A stretch of DNA of 25,194 nt, taken from contig JANKJI020000001.1 of NCBI GenBank assembly GCA_024626585.2, positions 11,012,438 to 11,037,631 on the forward strand, given 5' to 3'. Positions 11,831 through 23,035 of the stretch are shown piece by piece (the first letter of the stretch is position 1; each line of letters starts with the position of its first letter). This stretch comes from Ginkgo biloba. Lineage: Eukaryota > Plantae > Ginkgophyta. A model generated the notes under the pieces. It was not told where the DNA came from. It made no database searches and saw only the letters and a program-made list of their open reading frames with translations. The position numbers and the translations under genes were made by a program.

Positions 11831-13206
11831 AAAGTCCCTACAAGTAGAGGTGGATTAAAAGGTGCAAGAAATCCATTTAGATACTAACTTTAGAAGAAAG
11901 TCCAACACTTATTTTTCTACCCAATCTCTTGATAGTTTTTTTAGATGGTGACTCTTCTTATCCCTCGATGGGAGAAAGAATGTGTGGTTATTTTCAACGC
12001 CTTTGATCGACATTATCAAACTACAAAACACTATTTCAGGAGGTAAATTGACATAGGAGCATCCTGGTAACACCCTGTAGTGTGCACAATTTGGACTAGC
12101 GAGCATGAAAAGTTCACACTGGCAGAGTGAGTAGTGAATAGTGTTTATCAATCCCTTAGGCTATCATGGGCCAGAGTTTCTGAGTAAAGGTAGGTGCACC
12201 TTATATCAAAATCTCACTAGACCAGAAGTTCTTATATTGGGTTATTGGGTGTCAGGGCCAAGGAGGTTGGCACCCAAGGCTATGGAAAAGGATTATAAAA
12301 ACTTGTAGACCTATCATCATTATAAATTGGAGCTTAATCAAATATCAGGGGTCTAAATGTGGGTACATGAGAGATATGCACCTAAATATTAATTGCATAG
12401 ACTCAAAATCTTATTAAAATATAACTTATAGGGCTTCTAGTTCAAAAGTCAAATGTAAATGGTCGTCGAGAATCAAGGATTGAGGAACACATTCTTGTGA
12501 ACCTCCACCTCTAGGGACTTGATCACTTATTAAATATAATTTAAGACCTAAAATATTCTAAATTATGTACATTAGTCCATTGGACCACCGAGAGATCAAT
12601 CTAGAGATACAAGAGCACCAATTTCAAAGTGCATTTAATGAAGAAGGAACGCGTAGGGGAACTATTATAGTAGTGCATCTGAAAAGAGAAAAGAGAAAAA
12701 ATTCCTTTGAATTCCTAACATATGCCAAAAGGGATAGTGTTGTAAAAATAGGAAAGGCCTAAGCTCATAGTAATCCAACCATATGTCATCCCAAAATTAT
12801 GTGATCATGCCACATGTCAGAGATTTATGACATCGCTCCTCAAGGCAATTGAAAGACCTTAAAGATTTTTTTTGAAAAGGCCGCAAGCTCAAAGTCCTCA
12901 AGAACATGCCACATGGAAGGATCTTACAGGACCACATAAATCATAATGTAGAAAAAATAAAGGGACACCCTAAGAGGTAGCTGGCTCAAGAGCCATGAGA
13001 TAACACCATATGGCAGAATCTTGAAGAGTTAATAAATTGAAGGGAGAGAAAGGAAAAGGAAGGGATCAAGGGGATGAATTCATATATTCATAGGATGATG
13101 CCATATGTTGGTAAGAATTCATGAGATTGTGACACATGTTAAGAGTTCATGACATCTCCCCCATGGTAGTTAAAGACATTAAGGAGACTTTGGCAAATGA
13201 CCCATT
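11831..13206. repeat. Copy 2 of the diverged ~1.4 kb direct repeat
   Basis: See copy 1; offset about 1.49 kb. Confidence 0.9.
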
Positions 13207-16200
13207 GCNNNNNNNNNNNNNNNNNNNNNNNNNNNNNNNNNNNNNNNNNNNNNNNNNNNNNNNNNNNNNNNNNNNNNNNNNNNNNNNNNNNNNNNNNNNN
13301 NNNNNNNNCATGTTTATTAATGAGGTTATATTATGCTAATTGGGGTTCAAAAGTTAGAAATCTCTCTAAAATTGATTTGGATAATGACTTGGGATGTATA
13401 AACTTGATCAAATTATTGGTATTTATTAATTTAAATTTGAATCTGATTACACTGATGAATCGATAAGTTAAATTTTAGGGGATGGACCTTGTGCTCTGTG
13501 ATAAGTATTTCTTTTTCCCAAGTTTTGTGGATCCAAAAAGAAATAGGCTAAAGTTAATCATAGATCAGCCTCTTAGTTTGTGGTGAAAGGTTGTCCTCTA
13601 CTTGGTATGGTCATTTATCCAAATATTTTAAGAAATATAAGGTGAATGGAGATGGGCCCCATAAACCTTAAAAATAAGACACGTGATGCCATAAGATTGA
13701 TTTTCATTCTAGCCAAAAACCACCTCACACAATTTTCTATGTCATGCAGGAGAATCATCCACTACCTCAAGTCAAGTTATTAGAATGACATGGAATTAAT
13801 GCCCAAGGTGGAAAAATGATGTCCTACGAATTAAATAGAAGTGGCCTATTTATTAGCCATCTTCTATAGCCTTTTCTTTTACACAGATGATCATTTCTTG
13901 CAAGATGGTGCATGCTTCTAAAGATGGATAGAGGAAATAAATGTAGAGTTCAAACTTGTTACATATTGGGCATTAGTCGATAACATAACATTTTTTGCAG
14001 CTTATTAATCATGGCCAAAAGGAGTTAAGGAGGAGCAAGGGTTCAAGCATATGAAGTTGCTTTAGTAGTTGAATTTTGGGATACCCAAGATATATGTCGA
14101 GTTGAATCCAGGCTCATGTATGAAGGTTTTACCCATATGGTGAAGGAAAGAAGAGAAACTGGTCTATTATAGAGGTCTATTTTGGTACAAGCAACGACTA
14201 TCCCAGACACGATGCCTTATCGACAGTTGATAGAATGGATAGAAAAATAATTTGACCTAATCAAAAGAGTGATAATCACTGCTAGCAAATATGTTTTATG
14301 TCCTCTAATTCTTGAAGTTTTTCATAGAATGTTAGAATGGCCTTCCCTGAAAGAGTACTTTTCTTTTGATAAAGTAAAGGGATTTTACTAGAAGCATACT
14401 NNNNNNNNNNNNNNNNNNNNNNNNNNNNNNNNNNNNNNNNNNNNNNNNNNNNNNNNNNNNNNNNNNNNNNNNNNNNNNNNNNNNNNNNNNNNNNNNNNNN
14501 CACTGACCTCATCGGTGCCAATGGCGTCGGCCAACTTCACCGACGACCGTCGAATTTTTGTAAACCGACATGACTTTTTGGAAAATTGACTAGAAATTTT
14601 ATTAAGTGTTAGTTGTCGCAAAGCATTTCTGAGTATGTGTCTTATAAGCAACTTAAGTGCTTATCCTATAGGTGGGTCTTATGTGTCTTTATTATTATGA
14701 CGTATATGATGATACCACCATACTTTTAGGTTTAATAGTAGACAAGAAAAATATTACACATTTGCAACAATCAAGAATCTTTAATTATGAAGACCCTCTT
14801 AGGTAACTTCATAATGGTATAATAAAAAATAAAGGTTATTAAGATATTTATTATCTTAGGGGAGAGATTGGATATACTACTCAATAATTATAATATCAAC
14901 ATCACTAGATTTCTCATGTAGAATAACATATTATGACTCATTTACTTTCAAAATTCAACAATAGTTCCAAATTAATAAATAAAGTAAAATGATATCTCGT
15001 TTAATAGGAAACCTTTTTTTTATACTTTTGAGATAGTATCACCAAAATCACAAGACTAAAATATCTCTCCTTATTAAATGGAATGGTCAGATAAATCCTT
15101 CTCATAAGTTAATTCTTCATAATAAAGAGTTCTTGATACAAATAAATAAAATCAACATAGCTAAGGATAAAAGGAAGAGGATCACCAAGATAGTTATTCT
15201 TATGGGTGACAACATATTTAGATTAGTCATATATCAATAATGATTGATATGTATTTATCATAATCATAGTCATAATGACTCTAATCAACTTTCTCAATAG
15301 CAATACTAGTCCAAAAATTAACCACAATTCAAGTTGAGTAATAAATGTAGGAAAAATTAGCGTTCACAACTAACTATTAGCAGCACTTGATAATTCATAT
15401 GTGAATAGAAATTTATCACATTACACTTGAAAATATGAAGAAAAAAATATTACTTTATTTATGGACAAGGACTATAGATTATATATGCATGAAATAAAAA
15501 GTTTTACAAATATTTTAGGCCTATGAAGGTAAAATCACATAACATCTAGAGTCAAATCTTGATGCTAATCAACAAAGAAAAAATGGGTGACTAGTACAAC
15601 TTCCTCTAGGTCAATGATCTATGAGAATAGAATATAGTTTGATTATTAATAGAGGCATGGAATATAAAGAATAGAAATAGGATAAACATAAGGAATGATA
15701 ATTAAAGGACAAAATTGATTATCTCACTAGAAACAATCACCGAAACACTTTTTCTTTATGTTTTCTCCATTTTATACTTCTCTACTATGATATTTGGAGA
15801 TGGTTTGTTATAACATAATATTAAATTCTCTTAATTATTTATACAATGTATTCCTTCTAACTTGCCACCTATTCATGGAGATATTATAATTTCTTATGGA
15901 TGTATCCTTTCTTGCTTGTGCCCATGTACTTGTGATGAACATAACATTAAAAATTTCTTCTTAATGTTTTTTAATTTCTTAAGTTATTTTTTAATCCACC
16001 AAAGAATTCATTTCTTGATTGAAATAATGTCTATCCAATAAATAAGACCCTAGTGTGATGGAATCCATTCTTTCCTTATCTTGTAATAGGATAAGAGACT
16101 TGTCTTTATCTAAATGAATTTATTTCATATAACTATCCTTTGGAGCTAATTTATTATCTTTCCATTGAGGTAATATATGATATGTTGTTGTTTGTTTCTC

Positions 16201-16533
16201 AATTGAAGATACTATTTAATCAATTATAACATTTAATCTTGTCACTTTCCATTATTTAATGTACTAAGTTCCTTTTATGGAGTAAGGACAATTCCTATTT
16301 ATTCACCTCTTATAGACCAGGATATGGTATCTTGGATTCTTTATTTATATAGCTCCATAAATCATTCATTTATATAGTCACAAATGACTTTGTATTGACC
16401 AAAACTTGTTTATAAAATTTTAAATAAGAATAAATTAGAGTAGTAATATTTTGTGTCCTATGAATAAGATCCCATAAATGCAAGGAAAATTCTTCCTTTC
16501 TCTTTTCTACCTTTTGATTGATTTATTTGAACA

Positions 16534-16691
16534 CACTTTAATATTTTTTGTTGCACTGCATACATGTATATAACAAAGGAGAAAAGATAAAATTTGGAAG
16601 ACAAAAGCTCCAAGTGCATATTCTTGGGGTATAATAAAGTAAGAAAGGCTTACAAAGTTTATGAACTCAAGTAAAAAATGGTTCATATAAA
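16534..16691 (+). mobile_element. Ty1/copia pol fragment (integrase C-terminal SH3-like region)
   Basis: HFNIFCCTAYMYITKEKR*NLEDKSSKCIFLGYNKVRKAYKVYELK matches the copia HLRVFGCxAYVHI...KLDxKSxKCIFLGY...KAYRLY motif. Confidence 0.9.
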
Positions 16692-18061
16692 NNNNNNNNN
16701 NNNNNNNNNNNNNNNNNNNNNNNNNNNNNNNNNNNNNNNNNNNNNNNNNNNNNNNNNNNNNNNNNNNNNNNNNNNNNNNNNNNNNNNNNNNAGGTACAGT
16801 GCCACCCTATGCATTAAATTCATATACTATAATTGAATTTATGGTGTATGTGGGAGAGGGTACCTAATTTACTTCTTTGAAACTAATAATTAATGAAACT
16901 AAGGTAAAATATTATTATACCACATGTTAGGATGACACAATATCTTAATTGTTTCTTTAAGATATCTTTGTCCATTCTATCTTCTATTTTTATAACCTTC
17001 CAAGTTGAAATTTTTCTGGTCTTAATACTTCTAAAATATTATGACTAAACCTTCTTTCTATTCAGGCCTCTATGATTCATATATCTTCATCAGACTCCCC
17101 CATATCATCTACCATTTTCCTTGGACTTCTTCAAGACTCTAAGTTCCAAACCCCATTATTAATGAAAATGAATGTCAAATTCTCATCAACTAGACTTTAT
17201 TTTTATTCAGGTCCATTAGGATCAAGGTAAAATATTCCCTTTTATCTTTCAAGATTCAAGTTTTTTTAAAATTTCTCCGAGGAGGATGATATGTGCCTAT
17301 CCTTGTTTGTTCATGTTTTCTCAAACTCTAATCCTCTAAAGATAATACACTCATCACCATCTTTATGGAATTTTATTTATTTATTTTAGGTCCACTAGGC
17401 TTAAAATGGTGTAACTCTTTCCACCACTTCAATCAGACTTATGTATTATGCAGGATTTTTCAAGTGGGAACTTTAGGCATTTGCCTTTGGTTTCTTGAAA
17501 CTCTGTAAATATCCAAACTCTAAATACCAAAATTTTCCTAAGTGTTGTAACACCTTTACACCAATATTCATCTCTTCCATTTGAAATACCATAGACTTTC
17601 CACTATTAATTTGCCTTCAAGGTGTCACTTCAATCATTGTATGCAAGGTTTTTGAAGGGGGTCCTACTTATGGGTCAATAATATATTAAACAACATGTTG
17701 GATCATTCAACATTATTTTTGTAAATTATCTTAAAAGTAGTTGCATCATATTAAATCTCTTCCCACACTCTTGGTATACAAATCCATTAAAAAATTCAAT
17801 TCCTTATTGAAACATTTTGTTTAGATTTTCAATGATTGATCGATCAATTTTTATATTATATTATAATCCCTAAGATTCCATGACTTTGGTATTAATAATA
17901 TTATTGCCTTGATATTAGTTAAAGGATAATTAGTATCTAAATTATATTAATTTTATATTGNNNNNNNNNNNNNNNNNNNNNNNNNNNNNNNNNNNNNNNN
18001 NNNNNNNNNNNNNNNNNNNNNNNNNNNNNNNNNNNNNNNNNNNNNNNNNNNNNNNNNNNNG

Positions 18062-18750
18062 GCCAATATCATTCTAGTCATGAAGAAAAATGGTTATGTT
18101 CAAGTTTGCATTGACTTTAAAATTATTAACGAAGTTTATCCTAAGGATAATTTCCCCTTTCCCTTCATTGACCAAGTGGTCAATCAAACTATAGGATTCA
18201 TTGTTATGTCTCTCATGGATGGTTTTGTAGGGTATAATCATATTTTTATTGCACCTAAATATTTCCATAAGACTTCTTTTACTACGCCTTGGGGCACTTT
18301 TTCCTATAAATTCATGCCTTTTGGCCTTAAAAATATTGGTGCTAAGTATTAGCAGACCATGTATTATGCATTGCATGACCTTTTTAATAATATTGTACAA
18401 GCATATGTAAATGATTTGCTAGCCTTATCTCAAAAATGATCCCATCATTTGGATGATCTAAGGGTTATTCTTGAGAGGTGTAAGAAATATCGGATAAGCC
18501 TAAATCCTCTCAAGTGCATTTTTATTGTTCTCTTAGGAAAGATCTTAGGGGATTTGGTTTTATTGTGTGNNNNNNNNNNNNNNNNNNNNNNNNNNNNNNN
18601 NNNNNNNNNNNNNNNNNNNNNNNATTAAATATTTCTTAGGTAAGATTGGCTATTTGAGGCAATTTATAACAAAATTTTCCTTGAAAGAAAAAACCCTCAC
18701 CAATATGCTTAAGAAGGATGTTCCCTTCTTATGGATATAGGATACCTAGT
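18062..18750 (+). mobile_element. Ty3/gypsy (Tat/Ogre-like) reverse transcriptase pseudogene fragment
   Basis: ANIILVMKKNGYVQVCIDFKIINEVYPKDNFPFPFIDQVV...MDGFVGYNHI...KTSFTTPWGTFSYKFMPFGLKNIGAKY*QTM...AYVNDLL (decayed YVDD)...LNPLKCIF, then after the gap FLGKIGYLRQFI...KKDVPFLW. Confidence 0.93.
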
Positions 18751-19499
18751 GATGTACCTACTTGATGTTAGAGGATTTGATGTCAAGTATGCATCATAAA
18801 TAGTTTGATCAAATCCAAGGGGCTAATCTTCATCTTCTTAACAATTCTCTGCTCTTTGTCTNNNNNNNNNNNNNNNNNNNNNNNNNNNNNNNNNNNNNNN
18901 NNNNNNNNNNNNNNNNNNNNNNNNNNNNNNNNNNNNNNNNNNNNNNNNNNNNNNNNNNNNNNNNNNNNNNNNNNNNNNNNNNTGATAATGCATGTTGTAG
19001 TGTTCGACATGAATATGCATGCTATCATGCGGTGTTGCCTACAACTCATCTATGCGCTATTATTTTCCCAAAATTTGGAAAAACTCGCGAGCTTGCTTGA
19101 AGTCACTTGCATAGAACCAGAGGTCACCTTTGTATGATGCTTATGAACTATCAAATTAATCTGCAAGATGATCCTAGAAAATATCCTATGCATCCAAGTT
19201 AAAAAGATAAGCTATANNNNNNNNNNNNNNNNNNNNNNNNNNNNNNNNNNNNNNNNNNNNNNNNNNNNNNNNNNNNNNNNNNNNNNNNNNNNNNNNNNNN
19301 NNNNNNNNNNNNNNNNTAATAATCTATATTTTTAAAACCCATTAAAATTTATATGTTGTAATAAGATAAAATATTGATGTAATCTTATATTTATGCCTTA
19401 TTTCAAGTGAACAATTCAAGAATGCAGTAATGTTAATATGGTTTTCCATTAATCACTAATTGTGCAAGTGAATATATTTCTTCTATTATGCTTCTAAAT

Positions 19500-20830
19500 A
19501 AATGATGAATGGAAGTATTCTTTGTCATTAAATGATAAATAAAAGTGATATTTCTAATTAAGTAATATAAGGATATTTATTCTTTATTGGTTATTAATTG
19601 AAAATTATATATGACCTAAAAAAAAATAGTATTATTTATATTATCTTGGGAATGTTATAAAAAGATAAATTTGTCATTGAACATGCAATGAAAATACCTT
19701 TTGTTTCTAAATGACAAATAAAAATGATATTTGTCATTAAATAATGACAAACCATTTTTTTTTCTTGCACCCTAAAACTTAAATAACAAATAGATGCGGG
19801 CCCTAATAATATAGGTTCCATAATAAATTAATATATACATAATATTTGACCTTAGTGTACTTGTCATTATATGACAAATAAAATGCACATTATCATGAAA
19901 CCCTATTTTTTTCCAAACAAAGACTATTTGTCATTAGTTAATAAATATCTTATACAACATTTCTCCACTACTTACAAAGTTTTATCGCTCAATTAGTAAC
20001 AATTAGAAAGATTTGCCATTCAATTAACAACAATCACAAAAAAATATCATTGTAATTGTTACTAATCATTCAATTAATAATAATTAGAAAGATTTGTCAT
20101 TTAATTAACAATAATTAGAAAGATGTCATTTAACTAACAACAATCACAAAAAACTATCATTGTAATTGTTGCTAATTGTTCAATTAATAATAATTGAAAT
20201 ATTTGTCATTCAATTAACAACAATCACAAAAAATTATCATTGCAATTATTAAGATTTATCAATGTAATTGTCGCTTATCATTTAATTGACAACAATTACA
20301 AAGCATTGTCACTAATTGGGAGGTCCCATGGAGGGGGAGTTTCTTGAGTTTTCTGAGTGGTCGTTGCTAAGAAAATTCAGAAGCATAAAATTATTTACAG
20401 TCCCATGTTACCCCTTAAAAAACATTGTAAACTAAAATGATGGAGAGAAAATAGAAATGATGCATGCAAAAAAAATGAAGATGGAAGGAAAGAAAATGAT
20501 GCAACTAAGTGTCATATGTGTGTTCTTCTTAGTTGGCACTAAGTCCAACCCCGCCTCTCTAAGAGCCACTAGAAACAAAGAAGATAAACAATCGTAGCTC
20601 CATTTTTTGTGGAGAAAATTCTATTTTTGCTCGTAGCTCCCACTATGAACGCTTGGAACCTCAACTCCCTTAGAAATAGTAACCATTCAATTAACAACAA
20701 TTTTAAAGCTTTATCGTTGCAATTATCACTAAAGAGACTATTGTGGCGACAAATAAAAAAAATTGTCGTTGCAATTGTCGATAAAGCTTAACATCATGTT
20801 GCATGGCCATTCGATGACTCGTCGACAGTC
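19500..20830. repeat. Array of short direct and inverted TTGTC(A/G)T / A(T/C)GACAA motifs with a ~30-bp-subunit tandem block at 19980-20312; resembles CACTA subterminal repeats
   Basis: Repeated caattaacaacaatcacaaaaaa.tatcattg.aatt and aattagaaagatttgtcatt units. Hairpin-like atgacaaat...atttgtcat pairs at 19712-19752 and 19861-19880. CACTA pentamers at 19966 and ~20567. No TSD-supported termini found. Confidence 0.6.
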
Positions 20831-21079
20831 TTAGAACACCAGGTAGTGGGTACATGGTAATGATTAGACTTTAACAAATTGCTAAACAATCAGCTCAAGA
20901 ATGGCAAGTTTAAGATGCAAGGAAAAAACTAAGTGAAAAGAATAATACAGTCTCGTTTTGTAATTAAACTTCTTGTTTGTGTGAAGAAGAATAGACAAGG
21001 TACATGAAATAGAGTGACCTGTTCAATTGAAAGAGTATAAACTAGAAAATTAAATGTCATTTTACATACTGCACCAAAT

Positions 21080-22834
21080 TCACTTCGAGGCATCGCTTGC
21101 AGCCGATGGCAATCGACTAAAATCAAACAAACGAAGTTGCTCTGGATGATGCAGATTCATTATGACATTTTGCAGAGATGATGTCCACGCAAAATTAGAA
21201 TTATTAGTCTCCTTCTGAATACCGGGGCTCTCCCTTAATCTATTTTCGTGATGATGATCCGGTCTCCGAAAATCTCGCTTGGCAGTTGACCTGAATGGAG
21301 TTGTCGAGCTGAAGAAACCGTCGACGAGGTGGAGATAGGCTTCAAGATCATGGCAACAACTCACGTCTGCAATGGGTTTCAGATACGGAGAATGCTTGTT
21401 ATTTACACGCAGCTCAGTGCCAACATGGCAGTAAGCCCACGGCATCTTCTCTAAGAGCCTTATCACCTTTTTCAGATTATCGGACCGACGCTTCATTATG
21501 TGCATCCACTCATTCAGGACGACGCCAGGAACCTTCGTTATGACGTCGTGTGTGTTAACGATTCTCAGGACTCTGCATCCAAGCGCTTCCATCCTTCGTC
21601 CGAAAGCGCGGTTCCCCACCCGTGGTCCCCCGAAGGAGAAGACTGTGACGGGAATGGAGGATTCTTTGGAGTTGAATGCCGCACCGATCTGGTAGGCGGT
21701 GAGAAGAGCCAAGGCTGCACCCAAGCTGTGGCCGGTAACAGTTACACTGATCTCTTCATGCTTGTACAAATCCACCAGTCTACGCACTTCCTCCATCATC
21801 TGGTTGGAAGCGCTTTGGCCAGAAGGGTCCTTGGACGTGAAGAGGCTCCAAAATCCGCTTTCCACCTTGGGTTGCAGGCAGCACCCACAAGGAGAGCATG
21901 GCGTGGTCATATGGTCGTCTTCTGGAATGTTGAGGGGCGTGAGAACGTCCTTGAGATTCTCTGCCCATTCCAGAGGAGTGGCGGTGCCTCTGAATGCCAC
22001 CACGATGTCTCTCCTTCCAAGCCTGGCGATCTCTCGCTCGTCTTGGGAGACGGCGACGAAGCCCATCCAGCTGGTTCGTCTGGTCATCCACTTCTGATCT
22101 CCATCTGAATTTGAATTTGAGAATGGTGTGGTGAGCCATTGAGGGACTTGGATGGCGGATGTGGCGTGGATATTGCTGGTGACCTTGTAGCCGCTGTTGA
22201 GGAGCCCGCTCTTGTCCAGCAAGGAGTGTTCGGGGTATTTACAGCAACCGTAGTCTTTGGAGTGCGGATCGAATTGGAATGCATTGTAGGTTGCTTGAAC
22301 GAATTCCCCATATTTGACGATCTCTCTTCTAAGATTTTCATCCAAGGGGTCCAGCAGACCCTCCCAATTGTTCGATCCCTGGTACTCCCTCCATTCCTTT
22401 CCCAGCTTCTGCTTAGGCGACTTGGCCGAATCTTTCGTGGTGGCAACCGCTTCAATCGACGTCGTCACCGCGTCTATTATATGACTGGTCGCACAGTCCA
22501 CGTCCCGGATATTGAATCCATTGCAATTCGTCCAAAGCTTGCACAAATTGTCGAAATACGCGTCTGGCAATTCGCGAGAAACTGGCCTTCGTGTCCCTTC
22601 ATCGTCGTAGTTGTTGAGTCTGAAAGGTTTGAGCAGAAAAGGATGATCTCTGCTCCGTGAAGGCTGCAGTGAGAGAGGGGGTAGGTTGAGGGATCGCCTG
22701 TGGGTAATAGAATCTTTGGCGGGAGTCGAAGGAGAGCGTCTAATATCGACTGCTGGGGCCGACGTACACTGATGACTAATGTCATTATAACACCCAGACG
22801 AGCTGGGGAATGTAAATGACACTGCAGGCCACAT
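21080..22834 (-). CDS. Class I phospholipase A1 / lipase class 3, DAD1-like (closest in motif content to PLA1-Ibeta2 type), probably plastid-targeted; intronless, 584 aa
   Basis: Uninterrupted ORF with family motifs WREYQGSNNWEGLLDPLDENLRREIVKYGEF, GRRDIVVAFRGT..LEWAEN, nucleophile elbow VTGHSLGAALA, VFSFGGPRVGN, RIVNTHDVITKVPG (catalytic Asp) and CCHDLEAYLHLVDGF (catalytic His). The Ser/Pro/Arg-rich N-terminal extension resembles a transit peptide. The exact start codon is less certain than the body. Confidence 0.95.
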   Translation of the reverse strand: MWPAVSFTFPSSSGCYNDISHQCTSAPAVDIRRSPSTPAKDSITHRRSLNLPPLSLQPSRSRDHPFLLKPFRLNNYDDEGTRRPVSRELPDAYFDNLCKLWTNCNGFNIRDVDCATSHIIDAVTTSIEAVATTKDSAKSPKQKLGKEWREYQGSNNWEGLLDPLDENLRREIVKYGEFVQATYNAFQFDPHSKDYGCCKYPEHSLLDKSGLLNSGYKVTSNIHATSAIQVPQWLTTPFSNSNSDGDQKWMTRRTSWMGFVAVSQDEREIARLGRRDIVVAFRGTATPLEWAENLKDVLTPLNIPEDDHMTTPCSPCGCCLQPKVESGFWSLFTSKDPSGQSASNQMMEEVRRLVDLYKHEEISVTVTGHSLGAALALLTAYQIGAAFNSKESSIPVTVFSFGGPRVGNRAFGRRMEALGCRVLRIVNTHDVITKVPGVVLNEWMHIMKRRSDNLKKVIRLLEKMPWAYCHVGTELRVNNKHSPYLKPIADVSCCHDLEAYLHLVDGFFSSTTPFRSTAKRDFRRPDHHHENRLRESPGIQKETNNSNFAWTSSLQNVIMNLHHPEQLRLFDFSRLPSAASDASK

Positions 22835-22952
22835 AAATATAAATCTGAAAATGCAAACTTAGTTTTCTCAATTTGGAGGAAACGAGCCGGGGAATGGAAA
22901 TGAGACTGCAGGCCACATAAATATAGAGTTGAAAATGCAAACTTGGTTTTCT
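22798..22952. repeat. 84-bp-period tandem duplication spanning the PLA1 start codon
   Basis: agctggggaatgtaaatgacactgcaggccacataaatataaatctgaaaatgcaaacttagttttct (22801-22868) recurs as agccggggaatggaaatgagactgcaggccacataaatatagagttgaaaatgcaaacttggttttct (22885-22952). Confidence 0.92.
22868..22918 (-). other. Candidate upstream ORF MWPAVSFPFPGSFPPN* (16 aa), in frame with PLA1
   Basis: The ATG at 22918 is exactly 28 codons upstream of the main ATG (22834). It reads ATG TGG CCT GCA GTC TCA TTT CCA TTC CCC GGC TCG TTT CCT CCA AAT TGA. Whether it lies inside the transcript is unknown. Confidence 0.5.
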
Positions 22953-22980
22953 GGACGACTAATTTTGAGTGAATATTACA

Positions 22981-22988
22981 TGACGCGG
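22981..22988. promoter_or_regulatory. Overlapping TGACG (as-1/TGA-type) and vCGCGb (CAMTA-type) motif ~150 bp upstream of the PLA1 ATG
   Basis: Sequence tgacgcgg. Further CGCG cores at ~23383, ~23555 and ~23576. Motif match only. Confidence 0.3.
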
Positions 22989-23035
22989 CGGAATTTGCAT
23001 GAAAGCATTTACAACATCACTGTGGCCTGTACGAG

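Noticed and set aside
14700-16500. Possible Copia gag/zinc-knuckle remnants (e.g. YYFIYGQG at ~15450)
   Set aside because: Too decayed to support by eye; probably TE-derived but not called.
16791-17960. Possible gag region of the Tat/Ogre-like element whose RT follows at 18062
   Set aside because: Only vague hints (MCLSLFV, LKWCNS); separated from the RT by a gap.
19980-20312. CRISPR-like appearance of the ~30-bp repeats
   Set aside because: No unique spacers, degenerate units, eukaryotic context and no cas genes.
19966-20848. Complete CACTA element from CACTAC (19966) to GTAGTG (20848)
   Set aside because: Flanking 3-mers (ctc versus ggt) do not form a TSD, and the inverted match is only 6 bp.
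21498-22785. Overlapping and antisense ORFs within the PLA1 CDS (e.g. 21500-22108 +, 22139-22660 +)
   Set aside because: Expected shadow ORFs of a GC-rich coding sequence; no recognisable motifs.
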